NCBI GenBank assembly: GCA_965116475.1
Contig: OZ220691.1
Span: 3,488,001 to 3,552,000, forward strand
DNA from: Gemmatimonadota bacterium
GTDB lineage: Bacteria; Gemmatimonadota; Gemmatimonadetes; Palauibacterales; Palauibacteraceae
DNA: 64,000 nucleotides
Direction of reading: 5' to 3'
Shown: in pieces, positions 9,512-20,585 of the stretch
Layout: each line of letters opens with the position of its first letter
Numbering within the stretch: the first letter of the stretch is position 1
Translations under genes and position numbers: made by a program
The notes under the pieces: generated by a model
What the model was told of the DNA's origin: nothing
Databases searched by the model: none
Seen by the model: only the letters and a program-made list of their open reading frames with translations

Positions 9512-11426
9512 CCCCTTCCACGAGCGGCGCAGAGCAGCGCGGAGGCGTCTGGCCCTCGGCTGCAGCGCCGTGATGGTCGCGGCCGCGGGCTGTGCGCTCA
9601 TCGCCGGCAACCCACCCATGGAAGCCGCCGCGGCCCGCGCGATTGACGCGGAAGGAGCCGCCGCCGCCCTCCGCCTTGCCGAGGCCGATTACGAGCAGGG
9701 GCGGTTCGCCGCAGCCGCGGCGCGCGGGGACTCGCTCGACGGCGCCTGGCGTGAGATGGAGCCTCTCCGTGCTCTAGCGGACCGCGCCCTCTCCGTGGCG
9801 GGCCGGGCGCTGGAGGCGCAGAGCCTCCCGGGCGCCGCGGCGGATCGCTACAATCGGCTCCTTGCGCGGGCACCGGCCTCCTCCCTGGAAGCGGCCACCC
9901 TGGAGCGACTGGTGCGGGTCCTCTCGGATACGAGCCGGGAGCCCGAGGCGGTCGCCGCGATCCTCTCCACGCCCCTGGGGCTCGAGACGATCGGCGCGGA
10001 GGAGTTCCGCCGATTGACTTCCGCCCTCACCGTCGGGGAATTGCGTCCGTTGACCGAGACCTTCCCGCCGGAGACTGCGGCGGCCGCGATCGTTCATGCG
10101 CAACTCGTCCGCCTCCTCGTCATCGCGAGGGAGGAGGATGAGGCGAGGCGTCTGGCCGCTCGCATCCTGGAGGGGCAGCCGGCCGAACCGGAGCGGGTCA
10201 CGGCGGAGATGATCGCGGGGGCGAAAACCGATCTCGGCAGCGCCGCCGCCCGCATCGGCGCGATCCTGCCGCTTACCGGCGACCTCTCGGACGTGGGCCA
10301 GGTGTTGCGCGAGGGGATCGAACTCGCGCTGGAGCGGTACCGGGATGAGCGCCCGGCGGGCGCCGACGTCGAGCTCATCGTCGTCGATGACGAATCGGAT
10401 CCTGAGAACACCGCGGACCTCGTCCGGTCGCTCGAGGAACGGGGCGTGATCGCGATCGTCGGTCCCCTCCGCGCCGAATCCTTCGAGGCGGCGGCCCGGG
10501 CCCGCCGGAATCCGCGGCTGCCCGTCATCAGCCCCACGGCGACGGAGGTGCTGAGTCCGGCGCCGGCGGCCTATACCCTGTACGACGCGGGTACGCGCGC
10601 CTCGGATGTGGCGGAGGAACTTGCGCGCTGGACGGTGGAAGAGCTGCGGCTCCGGCGGGTCGCCGTCCTCGAGCCGGAGGGAGTCGGACTTGGAGGCGCC
10701 GTGAGCGCGTTCACGCGAACCCTCGGGGAGCGGGGCGGAATGCTCGTCGGGCACGAACGCTACGATCCAGGGCTCACCACCTTCCAGGGACCCATCGAAG
10801 CCGTCGCCGCCTCGGAGCCGGACGTCGTCTTCGCGCCGGCGGCGACGGCGTCCGGTGTCCTCGCCGTCGCGCCTCAGCTCTTCTATTACGGACTGTACAA
10901 CGCGATCGTCATCGGGAGCGAAGCCTGGGCCGAACCGGCCGTGCTGCGTCGTCTCGAACGCTTCGCGACGGACCACCGCGTGATCGGCCTTGCGACGGAC
11001 CGCGTCAGCGCGGGGACGCCGTGGCGGCGATTTGTGGCAGATTATGAGAGACGGTACCGAAAGACGTTGCGGGACAACATTATGCCGGCTCTGGCACACG
11101 ATGCCGCACTCCTGGTCCTCTCCGCCCTCGACGGCGCGATGCTGCCGATTCCGGCCGCGCTCGCGGCATACCTCGAATCGGGGCCTGAAGTCGAGGGCGT
11201 CACGGGCCGCCTGCGCCCCGAAGCCGCACGATCCGTCGTGCGGCGCTCCACGGAGGTCCGCATGCTGGTCGACGGCTCGCCCGTGGAGGCGGACAGGACG
11301 CAACTCCTCGCCTGGCTGGCGGAGGTGCGGGCGGCGCCATCGCCCTTTGCGCCGCGCGACTCGCTACGCGTGGACACCCTGCGCACGGAGGGGCGGCGCC
11401 GGGTGGGAGCGATGAACCGCCGATGA
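9459..11426 (+). CDS. LppC/periplasmic-binding-protein type 1 family lipoprotein (start uncertain)
   Basis: Lipobox-like AAGC, helical region, then IGAILPLTG...AIVGPL and GVTGRL. Confidence 0.7.
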   Translation: MTRTRGGSPIPVVRRGSSPFHERRRAARRRLALGCSAVMVAAAGCALIAGNPPMEAAAARAIDAEGAAAALRLAEADYEQGRFAAAAARGDSLDGAWREMEPLRALADRALSVAGRALEAQSLPGAAADRYNRLLARAPASSLEAATLERLVRVLSDTSREPEAVAAILSTPLGLETIGAEEFRRLTSALTVGELRPLTETFPPETAAAAIVHAQLVRLLVIAREEDEARRLAARILEGQPAEPERVTAEMIAGAKTDLGSAAARIGAILPLTGDLSDVGQVLREGIELALERYRDERPAGADVELIVVDDESDPENTADLVRSLEERGVIAIVGPLRAESFEAAARARRNPRLPVISPTATEVLSPAPAAYTLYDAGTRASDVAEELARWTVEELRLRRVAVLEPEGVGLGGAVSAFTRTLGERGGMLVGHERYDPGLTTFQGPIEAVAASEPDVVFAPAATASGVLAVAPQLFYYGLYNAIVIGSEAWAEPAVLRRLERFATDHRVIGLATDRVSAGTPWRRFVADYERRYRKTLRDNIMPALAHDAALLVLSALDGAMLPIPAALAAYLESGPEVEGVTGRLRPEAARSVVRRSTEVRMLVDGSPVEADRTQLLAWLAEVRAAPSPFAPRDSLRVDTLRTEGRRRVGAMNRR

Positions 11427-12970
11427 GCATGCGCGAGAAGCTGGCCGAACTGAAGGCCCGAGCCGAGCGCGCCGCGCGCGGAGATCCGGATCGGCTCGCC
11501 CGCCAGCACGCGCGCGGCAAGCTGGGCGCCCGGGAGCGCCTCGAGATCCTCCTCGACGAGGGCAGCTTCGTGGAGTTCGACCGCTTCGTCGAGCACCGCT
11601 GCACGGACTTCGGGCTCGGCGACCGGCGCATCCCCGGCGACGGGGTCATCACGGGCTACGGCCGCATCGACGGACGAACCGTCTACGTGTTCAGCCAGGA
11701 CTTCACGGTCTTCGGCGGGTCGCTGTCCGAAGCGCACGCCGGCAAGATCGTGAAGGTGCTGGACCTCGCGACGCGGAACGGCGCCCCCTTCATCGGGATC
11801 AACGACTCGGGCGGCGCACGGATTCAGGAGGGGGTCGCCTCTCTGGGCGGCTATGCGGACATCTTCCTCCGAAACACGCTCGCCTCGGGCGTGATCCCGC
11901 AACTGAGCGCCATCCTGGGACCGTGTTCCGGAGGGGCGGTCTACAGCCCCGCGATCACGGACTTCGTGTTCATGGTGGACGGCGTAAGCCACATGTTCAT
12001 CACGGGTCCCGGCGTCGTGAAGACGGTCACGCACGAGGACGTGACGTTCGACGAACTCGGCGGCGCGGCGGTGCACGCGAGCCGGTCCGGCGTGGCGCAC
12101 TTCCGGTCGGAGACCGAGGTCGAGGCGCTTGGCGCCGTACGCCGCCTCCTCTCCTATCTGCCGTCGAACAACCAGGAGACGCCGCCGTGGCGCGAGACCA
12201 CGGATCCGCCGGACCGGGCCGACGAGGCGCTGCTCGAGATCGTGCCGGACGATCCGAAGCTCCCGTACGACATGCTGGACATCATCCGCCGGGTCGTCGA
12301 CGCCGACAGCCTGATGGAAGTCCACGCCGACTACGCCCGCAACATCATCACCGGCTTCGCCCGGCTCGGGGGGAACGCCGTGGGCATCATCGGCAACCAG
12401 CCCGCCGTCCTGGCCGGCGTCCTGGACAGCGATGCGAGCATCAAAGCCGCGCGTTTCGTCCGCTTCTGCGATGCGTTCAACGTGCCCCTGGTGACCTTCG
12501 AGGATGTGCCCGGCTTCCTCCCGGGGCTGAGGGAGGAGCACGAGGGGATCATCCGAAACGGCGCGAAGCTCCTTTTCGCCTACTGCGAAGCGACGGTGCC
12601 GAAGCTCACCGTCATCACGCGCAAGGCGTACGGCGGCGCATACGATGTCATGTCGTCCAAGCACATCCGGGGCGACCTCAACCTCGCCTGGCCCAGCGCG
12701 GAGATCGCGGTGATGGGGGCGAAGGGGGCGGTGGAGGTTCTGTTCCGGCGCGAGATCGCGGCGGCGGAGGATCCCGTGGCGCGCACGGCCGAACTCGAGG
12801 CCGAGTATCGGGCGAAGTTCGCCCATCCCTACCTCGCCGCCGAGCGCGGGTTCATCGACGACGTGATCGACCCCCGCGAGACGCGCGCGCGCCTCGTGTC
12901 GGGGCTCGAGGCCATGGCGGAAAAGCGCGATCGCAACCCGCCCAGGAAGCACGGCAACATCCCGCTGTGA
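11423..12970 (+). CDS. pccB: acyl-CoA (propionyl-CoA) carboxylase carboxyltransferase subunit
   Basis: [43 protein letters not shown]. Confidence 0.93.
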   Translation: MSMREKLAELKARAERAARGDPDRLARQHARGKLGARERLEILLDEGSFVEFDRFVEHRCTDFGLGDRRIPGDGVITGYGRIDGRTVYVFSQDFTVFGGSLSEAHAGKIVKVLDLATRNGAPFIGINDSGGARIQEGVASLGGYADIFLRNTLASGVIPQLSAILGPCSGGAVYSPAITDFVFMVDGVSHMFITGPGVVKTVTHEDVTFDELGGAAVHASRSGVAHFRSETEVEALGAVRRLLSYLPSNNQETPPWRETTDPPDRADEALLEIVPDDPKLPYDMLDIIRRVVDADSLMEVHADYARNIITGFARLGGNAVGIIGNQPAVLAGVLDSDASIKAARFVRFCDAFNVPLVTFEDVPGFLPGLREEHEGIIRNGAKLLFAYCEATVPKLTVITRKAYGGAYDVMSSKHIRGDLNLAWPSAEIAVMGAKGAVEVLFRREIAAAEDPVARTAELEAEYRAKFAHPYLAAERGFIDDVIDPRETRARLVSGLEAMAEKRDRNPPRKHGNIPL

Positions 12971-12986
12971 TCCCGTCCGAGGCCGG

Positions 12987-14477
12987 ATGTTCGACAAGGT
13001 TCTGATCGCGAACCGCGGCGAGATCGCGGTTCGGGTCATCCGCGCCTGCCACGAGGAGGGCCTCGGGACAGTCGCCGTCTACTCCGACGCGGACCGCCGG
13101 GCCCCCCACGTGCTGCTCGCGGGCGAGGCGGTCCGGATCGGGAGGGCCGCGGCCGCGGAGAGCTACCTGTCGATCGACCGGCTGCTCGCCGCCGCGGAGG
13201 ATACGGGGGCGGGCGCGGTCCATCCGGGGTACGGGTTCCTGGCTGAGAACGCCGACTTCTCGCGCGCTGTCGAAGCCGCCGGGCTCGTTCATGTCGGACC
13301 TCCCGCCGAGGCGATCGACATCATGGGCGACAAGACGCGGGCCCGGGCGCGAATGGTGGGGGCGGGAGTCCCCGTCATATCGGGCAGCGACCCGCTCGCT
13401 TCGGCGCGAGAGGCCGTCGTTGAGGCCGAGAAGATCGGATTCCCCGTTCTCCTGAAGGCGGCGGCGGGAGGGGGCGGCAAGGGCATGCACGTCGTCTCCG
13501 GCGCAGAGGAGATGGAGCGGGCGTTCGGGCGGGCGACCCGGGAGGCGCGGAGTGCCTTCAGTGACGGACGCGTGTTCGCGGAGCGCTTCCTGCGTTCTCC
13601 CCGGCACATCGAGATCCAGGTGCTCGCCGACGACGAGCGGACGCTGGACTTCGGCGAGCGGGAGTGTTCGATCCAGCGCCGACACCAGAAACTGATCGAA
13701 GAAGCGCCGTCCACGGCCATCGACGACGCCCTCCGGCGCCGGATGGCGGAGGTCGCCGTGCGGGCGGCCGAGGCGGTCGGCTACCGGAGCGCGGGTACGG
13801 TCGAGTTCCTGGTCGAAGGAGGAGAGTTCTTCTTCCTCGAGATGAACACCCGGATTCAGGTCGAGCACCCGGTGACGGAACTCGTCACCGGCGTGGACCT
13901 CGTGCGGCAGCAACTGCGCGTTGCCCGGGGGCTTCCCCTGCTGGGCGGCGGAGAGCCACCGACGGCGCGCGGACATGCGATCGAATGCCGGATCAACGCG
14001 GAGGATCCCGCCGCCGGATTCGTCCCGTCGATCGGTCGGATCGACCGCTTCGAGGTGCCGACGGGGCCCGGCGTGCGCTGGGACGGCGGGATCCGCAACG
14101 GGTCGGAGGTCGGCCCGCACTACGACTCGCTGCTCGGCAAGCTGGTCGTCCATGCCTCGGACCGGGAGGCTGCGATCCGCCGCATGCGGTCCGCGCTCGA
14201 AGGGCTCGTCATCGGCGGCGTCGAAACGACCGTCCCCTGGCATCTCGCGGTGATGGACGAACCCGACTACCGGACGAACGACCTCTCCATCCGGTACGTA
14301 GAAGAACACCCCGGACTCGGAGAGACGGCGGACCCCGGTTTGCGCGACGTGGCCCTGGCGACCGCCGTGCTCCTCGCGGCCCGGGAACGGCCGCGGGTCG
14401 TTTCCGGCGGCGCCCCGCGCTCCCGCGACGGGGGGAACGGGCTGTCGGCCTGGGTGCGGGCGGGCCGGGAGACGTGA
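12987..14477 (+). CDS. accC: biotin carboxylase subunit
   Basis: KVLIANRGEIA, HPGYGFLAEN, GGGGKGM, RECSIQRRHQK, EMNTRIQVEHPVTE. Confidence 0.93.
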   Translation: MFDKVLIANRGEIAVRVIRACHEEGLGTVAVYSDADRRAPHVLLAGEAVRIGRAAAAESYLSIDRLLAAAEDTGAGAVHPGYGFLAENADFSRAVEAAGLVHVGPPAEAIDIMGDKTRARARMVGAGVPVISGSDPLASAREAVVEAEKIGFPVLLKAAAGGGGKGMHVVSGAEEMERAFGRATREARSAFSDGRVFAERFLRSPRHIEIQVLADDERTLDFGERECSIQRRHQKLIEEAPSTAIDDALRRRMAEVAVRAAEAVGYRSAGTVEFLVEGGEFFFLEMNTRIQVEHPVTELVTGVDLVRQQLRVARGLPLLGGGEPPTARGHAIECRINAEDPAAGFVPSIGRIDRFEVPTGPGVRWDGGIRNGSEVGPHYDSLLGKLVVHASDREAAIRRMRSALEGLVIGGVETTVPWHLAVMDEPDYRTNDLSIRYVEEHPGLGETADPGLRDVALATAVLLAARERPRVVSGGAPRSRDGGNGLSAWVRAGRET

Positions 14478-14484
14478 AGCCGTC

Positions 14485-14988
14485 ATGAAGTACCACGTCG
14501 AGGTGGACGGCGGGAGCTTCGAGGTCGAGCGGCTGGCCTCCGGATTGCGCCTGAACGGTGCCGAACGGGAAGCCGGGTTCGCGTGGCTGGCGGAGGGCGA
14601 AGTCCAGCTCACCCTGGACGGGACGCACCATCGCGTGCTGGCGCGCCGGACGTCCGGGGGGTGGCGGCTGACCGTGCGCGGCCGGACGTTCGACGTCACG
14701 GTGGAGGATGAGCGCACCCGGACCCTCCGGGCCCTGGCCGACCGGAGCGCCGGGGGGGCGGGACCGCGGGAGTTGCGCGCCCCGATGCCGGGGCTGATCA
14801 CGCGCGTTCTCGCGGAAGCCGGGCAGCGCGTGGATGCGGGGGATGGGCTGGTCCTGATCGAAGCCATGAAGATGGAGAACGAACTGCGGGCCCGGGAACC
14901 GGGAACCGTGGCCGTGATCGCCGTCCGTCCCGGCGATGTCGTGGACCGCGACCAGGTGCTCGTGACGCTCGAGGCGGAGGCGTCGTGA
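14485..14988 (+). CDS. biotin carboxyl carrier protein
   Basis: APMPG...EAMKMENE biotinylation motif. Confidence 0.92.
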   Translation: MKYHVEVDGGSFEVERLASGLRLNGAEREAGFAWLAEGEVQLTLDGTHHRVLARRTSGGWRLTVRGRTFDVTVEDERTRTLRALADRSAGGAGPRELRAPMPGLITRVLAEAGQRVDAGDGLVLIEAMKMENELRAREPGTVAVIAVRPGDVVDRDQVLVTLEAEAS

Positions 14989-16547
14989 GCGAGCGGCGTC
15001 CGGTCTTTTCCACGACGAGCGGCATCGAAGTCGACCCGGTCTACCGCGCGGGCGAGGCGAGACCGGAACCGGCGCTGCCCGGCGAGTTCCCCTACACGCG
15101 CGGCGTGTACCCCACGATGTACCGGGGGCGGCTGTGGACGATGCGCCAGTACGCCGGCTTCGGCACGGCGGCGGCGACGAACGCCCGTTTCCGCTATCTG
15201 CTGGAATCCGGGCAGACGGGCCTTTCCGTGGCCTTCGACCTTCCGACCCAGATGGGGTACGACTCCGACGACGCCAGGGTGCGGGGGGAAGTCGGACGGG
15301 TCGGCGTCGCGATCGATTCGATCGAGGACATGCACCGCCTGTTCGACGAGATTCCGCTCGAGCGCGTATCGACGGCCATGACGATCAACGCCACCGCGCC
15401 CGTGCTCCTCGCGATGTACGCGGGCGCGGCCCGGGAACGGGGGATCGACCCGGCGGTCCTCCGGGGCACGGTCCAGAACGATGTGCTGAAAGAGTTCATC
15501 GCGCGCGGGACGTACATCTATCCGGTGGAGCCCAGCGTTCGGTTCGTGACGGACGTGTTCGACTTCTGCGCCCGGGAGATGCCGCGCTGGCGCTCGATCT
15601 CCATCAGCGGGTATCACATCCGCGAAGCCGGGGCGACGGCGGCCCAGGAGCTGGCCTTTACGATCGCCAACGGGCTCGAATACGTGCGCCGCGCTACCGC
15701 CCGCGGGCTGAAGATCGACGACTTCGCTCCCGGGCTCAGCTTCTTCTTCTCCGCCGACCGGCTGTTCTTCGAGGAGGTGGCCAAGTTCCGCGCGGCCCGC
15801 CGCATGTGGGCCCGGCTCATGCGGGACCGTTTCGGGGCCGCGGAGGAGAGTTGCCGGCTGAAGTTCCATACCCAGACGTCGGGGGCGGCGCTGACGGCCC
15901 AGCAGCCGCTGAACAACGTCGTGCGCGTCGCGGTCCAGGCGCTTTCCGCCGTCCTCGGGGGGACGCAGTCGCTGCACACGAACAGCTACGACGAAGCGCT
16001 ATCGCTTCCCGGGGCGGACGCCGCCCGGCTCGCGCTCCGGACGCAGCAGGTCCTCGCCGCCGAGACGGGCGTCGGGGACACCGTCGATCCTCTGGGGGGC
16101 TCCTGGTTCGTGGAGTCGCTCACGGACGACCTCGAGGCGCGCGCCGCGGCATACCTCGCGCGCATCGAGGAACTGGGCGGCCCCGTCCAGGCGATCGACT
16201 ACATGCGGGAGGAGATCCACCTCGCCGCCCGCCGGCACCAGGAGGCGGTCGAGAGAGGTGAACTCGAAGTCGTCGGCGTGAACGTGCACGCGGACGCCGA
16301 CCCGGTCGAGATGCCGAAGGCGCCGGATTTCGCCCGCCTGGCGGATGAACAGCGCGGGCGGCTCGCGCGGCTCAGGGCGGAAAGGGACAGCGCGGGCGTG
16401 GAGGCGTCGCTGGCGGAGATCCGGCGGGCGGCGGCCGGAGATGCTAACCTCCTGCCCGTTCTGATCGACGCCGTCCGGCGCCGCGCGACGCTGGGCGAGA
16501 TCAGCCATGCGCTGCGCGATGTGTGGGGGGAGTACCGTCCCGGCTGA
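14985..16547 (+). CDS. methylmalonyl-CoA mutase, substrate-binding subunit (no B12-binding domain)
   Basis: PGEFPYTRG, WTMRQYAGF, GLSVAFDLPTQMG, ISISGYHIREAG, QSLHTNSYDEA. Confidence 0.92.
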   Translation: MSERRPVFSTTSGIEVDPVYRAGEARPEPALPGEFPYTRGVYPTMYRGRLWTMRQYAGFGTAAATNARFRYLLESGQTGLSVAFDLPTQMGYDSDDARVRGEVGRVGVAIDSIEDMHRLFDEIPLERVSTAMTINATAPVLLAMYAGAARERGIDPAVLRGTVQNDVLKEFIARGTYIYPVEPSVRFVTDVFDFCAREMPRWRSISISGYHIREAGATAAQELAFTIANGLEYVRRATARGLKIDDFAPGLSFFFSADRLFFEEVAKFRAARRMWARLMRDRFGAAEESCRLKFHTQTSGAALTAQQPLNNVVRVAVQALSAVLGGTQSLHTNSYDEALSLPGADAARLALRTQQVLAAETGVGDTVDPLGGSWFVESLTDDLEARAAAYLARIEELGGPVQAIDYMREEIHLAARRHQEAVERGELEVVGVNVHADADPVEMPKAPDFARLADEQRGRLARLRAERDSAGVEASLAEIRRAAAGDANLLPVLIDAVRRRATLGEISHALRDVWGEYRPG

Positions 16548-16592
16548 CCGCGGGCGGCGTCACGCGTTTCACGGATTCATCCGGGGGCAGGT

Positions 16593-16907
16593 GTGCCAAC
16601 GTACGAATACAGATGTCGCGGTTGCCGACACGATTTCGAGCGGTTCCAGCGCATGTCGGACGCCCCGGTCCGCGTCTGTCCGTCGTGCGGGGAACAGCAG
16701 GTGAAGCGGCTGATCTCGACCGGTGGCGGCATCGTCTTCAAGGGTCCCGGTTTCTACGCGACCGACTACCGGCAGCCGGCCGCTGATGGCGGGAAGTCCG
16801 GCGCGGCGGAGGCGTCGGACGATGACTCGTCTCCTGCGCGGGGCGGCGCCTCGTCTACGACGGATGCCGCTTCAGCAGGGTCATCGGAAAGCGGCTCCGA
16901 CTCTTGA
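16593..16907 (+). CDS. FmdB-family zinc-ribbon protein
   Basis: PTYEYRCxxC...CPSCG...FKGPGFYATDY. Confidence 0.9.
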   Translation: MPTYEYRCRGCRHDFERFQRMSDAPVRVCPSCGEQQVKRLISTGGGIVFKGPGFYATDYRQPAADGGKSGAAEASDDDSSPARGGASSTTDAASAGSSESGSDS

Positions 16908-18592
16908 CGGGGGATGCCGGTCCGGCCCGGCTCGCCGCGGCGCTCGAATCCGCCCTGTCCGCCGTCGGGGCACCGGAGGGCTTCTCCCCGGAACTGGAGC
17001 GGCCGCGCGATCCGACGCACGGAGACTGGGCATCCAACGCGGCGCTCGTGCTCGCGAAGACGCTGGGCCAGCCTCCCCGGGCGCTCGCGGAGCGCGTCTG
17101 CGAACTCATCGACGCCGCGGCCGCCGGCATCTCGGCGGTGGAAGTCGCGGGCCCCGGGTTCCTGAACTTCCGGCTCTCCGGCCGATCCATCTGGCGGCGG
17201 CTGGCGGAGGTCATCGAGGCGGGCCGCGACTGGGGGCGGACGCGGGCCTCCCCGGCGCTCCGCGTCAACGTGGAGTTCGTTTCCGCCAATCCGACGGGGC
17301 CGCTGCATGTGGCCCACGGGCGCGGCGCGGCGCTCGGCGACGCCGTCGCCTCGTTGCTGGAATGGGCCGGACACGAAGTGACTCGTGAGTTCTACGTGAA
17401 CGACGCCGGGCGGCAGATCGAACTCCTCGGCGAATCCGTCGAAGCCCGCTACGAGGAGACGGCCGGCCGGCCCGCCGCCATTCCCGAAGGCGGATATCAC
17501 GGCGAGTACGTCCGCGATGTGGCGCTGGCGATCCGCGACGCCGCCGGCCCGGAGGTTCTCGCCTCGCTCGCGCCGGGCGAGCGGCGCGCGCATTTCCGGC
17601 GCGAAGCCGTGCGCCTGCTCCGCGAGGAACAGGCGGAGGACCTGTCGCGCTTCGGCGTCGACATGGATCTGTACTACTCCGAACGCTCGCTCTACGAGTC
17701 CGGTGCCGTCGACCGCCTGCTCGAGGCGCTCGAGGCCGGCGACCTGATCTACCGCTCGGAGGGAGCGACCTGGCTTCGGACGTCGAATCTGGGCGACGAG
17801 AAGGACCGGGTCCTCATCAAGAGCGACGGCTCCTTCACCTACTTTCTGCCGGACCTCGCCTATCACCTCGACAAGGCGAGGCGCGGCTTCGAACTCGCGA
17901 TCGACGTCTGGGGCGCGGATCATCAGGGCCACGAGAAGCGCATGCTGGCGGCCCTGCGCGGACTGTCGCACCCTGACCTGCTCGAGGTCCTGATCATCCA
18001 GCTCGTCACGGTGCTGCGCGACGGGAAGGAAGTCCGGATGAGCAAGCGCGCCGGGCGCTTCGTAACGCTGGGCGAACTCGTCGACGAAACGGGGCCGGAT
18101 GTGGCGCGGTACTTTTTCCTCATGCGCCGGGCGGAGGTCCATCTCAATTTCGATCTCGACCTCGCGCTGGACACGTCGGACGCGAATCCGGTCTTCAAGG
18201 TCCAATACGCGCATGCACGCATGTGCAGCGTATTCCGCAAGGCCGGCATCGCCGCGGAACAGGTGCCGGCCGCGCTCGACGTCCCGGACACCTTCGGCAC
18301 TCCCCCGGAGCGCGAGGTCGCCCTGTCCGTCATACGGCTTCCGGAGGTCATCGCGACCGCCGCGGCGGGCCGGGCTCCGCACCTGGTCTGCGCCTACCTC
18401 GAGGAGACGGCGGGGCTCGTGAACGCCTGGTACCACCAAGGCAACCTGGACCCGGCGCAGAGGATCCTGGCCGAGGTGCCGGAACGGGCCGCGAGAATCC
18501 GGCTCGCGCGCGCGGTCCAGCTCACGCTGCGCAACGGGCTGCGGGCCCTCGGCCTCTCGGCGCCCGAGACCATGATCCGGGAGGCGACGTGA
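16904..18592 (+). CDS. argS: arginyl-tRNA synthetase
   Basis: VEFVSANPTGPLHVAHGR, WGADH, MSKRAG, VQYAHAR. Confidence 0.96.
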   Translation: MTGDAGPARLAAALESALSAVGAPEGFSPELERPRDPTHGDWASNAALVLAKTLGQPPRALAERVCELIDAAAAGISAVEVAGPGFLNFRLSGRSIWRRLAEVIEAGRDWGRTRASPALRVNVEFVSANPTGPLHVAHGRGAALGDAVASLLEWAGHEVTREFYVNDAGRQIELLGESVEARYEETAGRPAAIPEGGYHGEYVRDVALAIRDAAGPEVLASLAPGERRAHFRREAVRLLREEQAEDLSRFGVDMDLYYSERSLYESGAVDRLLEALEAGDLIYRSEGATWLRTSNLGDEKDRVLIKSDGSFTYFLPDLAYHLDKARRGFELAIDVWGADHQGHEKRMLAALRGLSHPDLLEVLIIQLVTVLRDGKEVRMSKRAGRFVTLGELVDETGPDVARYFFLMRRAEVHLNFDLDLALDTSDANPVFKVQYAHARMCSVFRKAGIAAEQVPAALDVPDTFGTPPEREVALSVIRLPEVIATAAAGRAPHLVCAYLEETAGLVNAWYHQGNLDPAQRILAEVPERAARIRLARAVQLTLRNGLRALGLSAPETMIREAT

Positions 18593-19545
18593 GGCACGGT
18601 GCCCCCGTGGAGGAGGATGCCCGGGCTCCGGCGACGCCGATTCTCGTTGTGGGCAGCGTCGCCCTCGATGAGATTTCGACCCCCGCCGGACACCGGGAGG
18701 GCGTGGTCGGCGGGACGGCGGTCAACTTCAGCGCCGCGGCGTCCCTGCTCGCGCCCGTCCAGCTCGTGGGAGTCATCGGCGATGACTATCCGACGGAGGA
18801 ACTCGACTTCCTTCGCCGCAGGGGCGCGGACCTGTCGGGGCTCGAGCAGCGGCCCGGCCGGAGCTTCCGGTGGGGCGGCTTCTATCACCGCGACATGAAT
18901 ACGCGGGACACGACGTTCACCGAACTGGGCGTCTTCGCGGATTTCCATCCGACGATTCCCGACGCGTTCCGCAGCGCGCCCTGGGCCTTTCTGGGCGCCA
19001 TCGACCCCGCCCTTCAACTCGAGGTGCTGGACCAGATCGAGTCGCCCGTGCTCACGGCGTGCGACACGATGAACTACTGGATCGAGGGGACGCCGGAGCG
19101 CCTCGCCGAAGTCATCGCGAAGATCGACCTCATCACGCTGAACGACGAGGAGGCGAAGCAGCTGTCCGGGGAGCACAACCTGGCCCGGGCCGCGCGCTGG
19201 ATTCAGAGCCGGGGCCCGCGCCACGTCGTGATCAAGAAGGGAGAACACGGAGCCGTGCTGCTCACGGGCGACGGCTTCTTCCTCACCCCGGGCTTTCCGC
19301 TCGAAGATGTGGTCGACCCCACCGGGGCCGGCGATGCGTTCGCGGGCGGCCTGCTCGGGTATCTGGCGCGCTGCGGTTCGATCTCGGGACCGACGTTGAG
19401 GCGCGCCGTCGTGTACGGCTGCGCCCTCGGTTCCTTCGCATGCGAAGCCTTCGGGGCGCGCCGCATGGTGACGCTCACCATGGCCGAAGTGGAGGACCGC
19501 GTGCGAAGCTTCGGGACGCTCACGAGATTCGATGTTCCAGGGTAA
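18589..19545 (+). CDS. PfkB-family carbohydrate kinase
   Basis: VVGSVALD, DTMNYWI, DPTGAGDAFAGG; GTG overlaps the argS stop. Confidence 0.9.
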   Translation: MRHGAPVEEDARAPATPILVVGSVALDEISTPAGHREGVVGGTAVNFSAAASLLAPVQLVGVIGDDYPTEELDFLRRRGADLSGLEQRPGRSFRWGGFYHRDMNTRDTTFTELGVFADFHPTIPDAFRSAPWAFLGAIDPALQLEVLDQIESPVLTACDTMNYWIEGTPERLAEVIAKIDLITLNDEEAKQLSGEHNLARAARWIQSRGPRHVVIKKGEHGAVLLTGDGFFLTPGFPLEDVVDPTGAGDAFAGGLLGYLARCGSISGPTLRRAVVYGCALGSFACEAFGARRMVTLTMAEVEDRVRSFGTLTRFDVPG

Positions 19546-19559
19546 GGCGTGAAGGAGAT

Positions 19560-20585
19560 ATGAGCGACGGATTGACGTACCGGGACGCGGGCGTGGACCT
19601 CGAGGCGGCGCGCGCGACGAAGGCCCGGATCTCCCGGCTGGTCCAGGGGACCCGGACCGATGCGGTGAGTTCCGACTTCGGCTCGTTCGGAGGGCGGTTC
19701 CGGGCGACCCCGGGCCGGGAACTCGTGGCGAGCGCCGATGGCGTCGGGACAAAGCTGAAGATCGCCTTCATGGCGGACCGGCACGACACGGTAGGCGCCG
19801 ATCTCGTGAACCACTGTGTGAACGACATCCTCGTTGAAGGCGCCCGGCCTCTGATCTTCATGGACTATGTCGCCTGCGGCGTGCTGGACCCGGACACCGT
19901 GACGAGCGTCGTGTCGGGACTCGCCGACGCCTGTCGCGCGAACGGCTGCGCGCTGCTCGGGGGAGAGACCGCGGAGATGCCGGATTTCTATGCGCCGGGG
20001 GAATACGACCTCGCCGGGTTCGTGGTGGGCGAGATCGTCTACCCGGAGCTGTCCCGCAGAGATCTGGAGCCGGGGGACCATCTCGTCGGGCTCGCATCGA
20101 GCGGCATCCACACGAACGGCTACAGCTTCGTGCGCGCCCTCTTCTTCGACCGTCTCGGACTCGGGGCCCACGACGCCTTCCCGGGCGCCGAAGGTTCTGT
20201 GTCGGACATCCTCCTGCGCCCTCACCGGAGTTACCTGCCGATCCTGGAGCGCAGCCTCGAAGCAGGCCGCGTGCGGGCGCTGGCGCACATCACGGGGGGC
20301 GGGATCCCGGGGAACGTGGACCGGGTCATCGGACCGGATCTCGATGCGGTGGTGCGCACCGACCGCTGGGCGCGCCCGCACGAGTTCGACGTCATCGCGC
20401 GCGAAAGCGGGGCGGACGAGGCGGAGCTCTTCTCCACCTTCAACATGGGCGTGGGGATGGTCGCGGTCGTGCGCGGGGGGGAGGCCGGACGGGTGCTCGA
20501 CGAGATTCGCGACGCCGGCTGCGAGGCGTTCATATGCGGCGAACTCGTCGCGGGCAGCGGCAAGGTGCACCTGGAGGGTTCGTGA
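19560..20585 (+). CDS. purM: phosphoribosylformylglycinamidine cyclo-ligase
   Basis: YRDAGVD, DGVGTKL, GGETAEMP, SSGIHTNGYS, AHITGGG, FNMGVG; GAAGGAG RBS. Confidence 0.95.
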   Translation: MSDGLTYRDAGVDLEAARATKARISRLVQGTRTDAVSSDFGSFGGRFRATPGRELVASADGVGTKLKIAFMADRHDTVGADLVNHCVNDILVEGARPLIFMDYVACGVLDPDTVTSVVSGLADACRANGCALLGGETAEMPDFYAPGEYDLAGFVVGEIVYPELSRRDLEPGDHLVGLASSGIHTNGYSFVRALFFDRLGLGAHDAFPGAEGSVSDILLRPHRSYLPILERSLEAGRVRALAHITGGGIPGNVDRVIGPDLDAVVRTDRWARPHEFDVIARESGADEAELFSTFNMGVGMVAVVRGGEAGRVLDEIRDAGCEAFICGELVAGSGKVHLEGS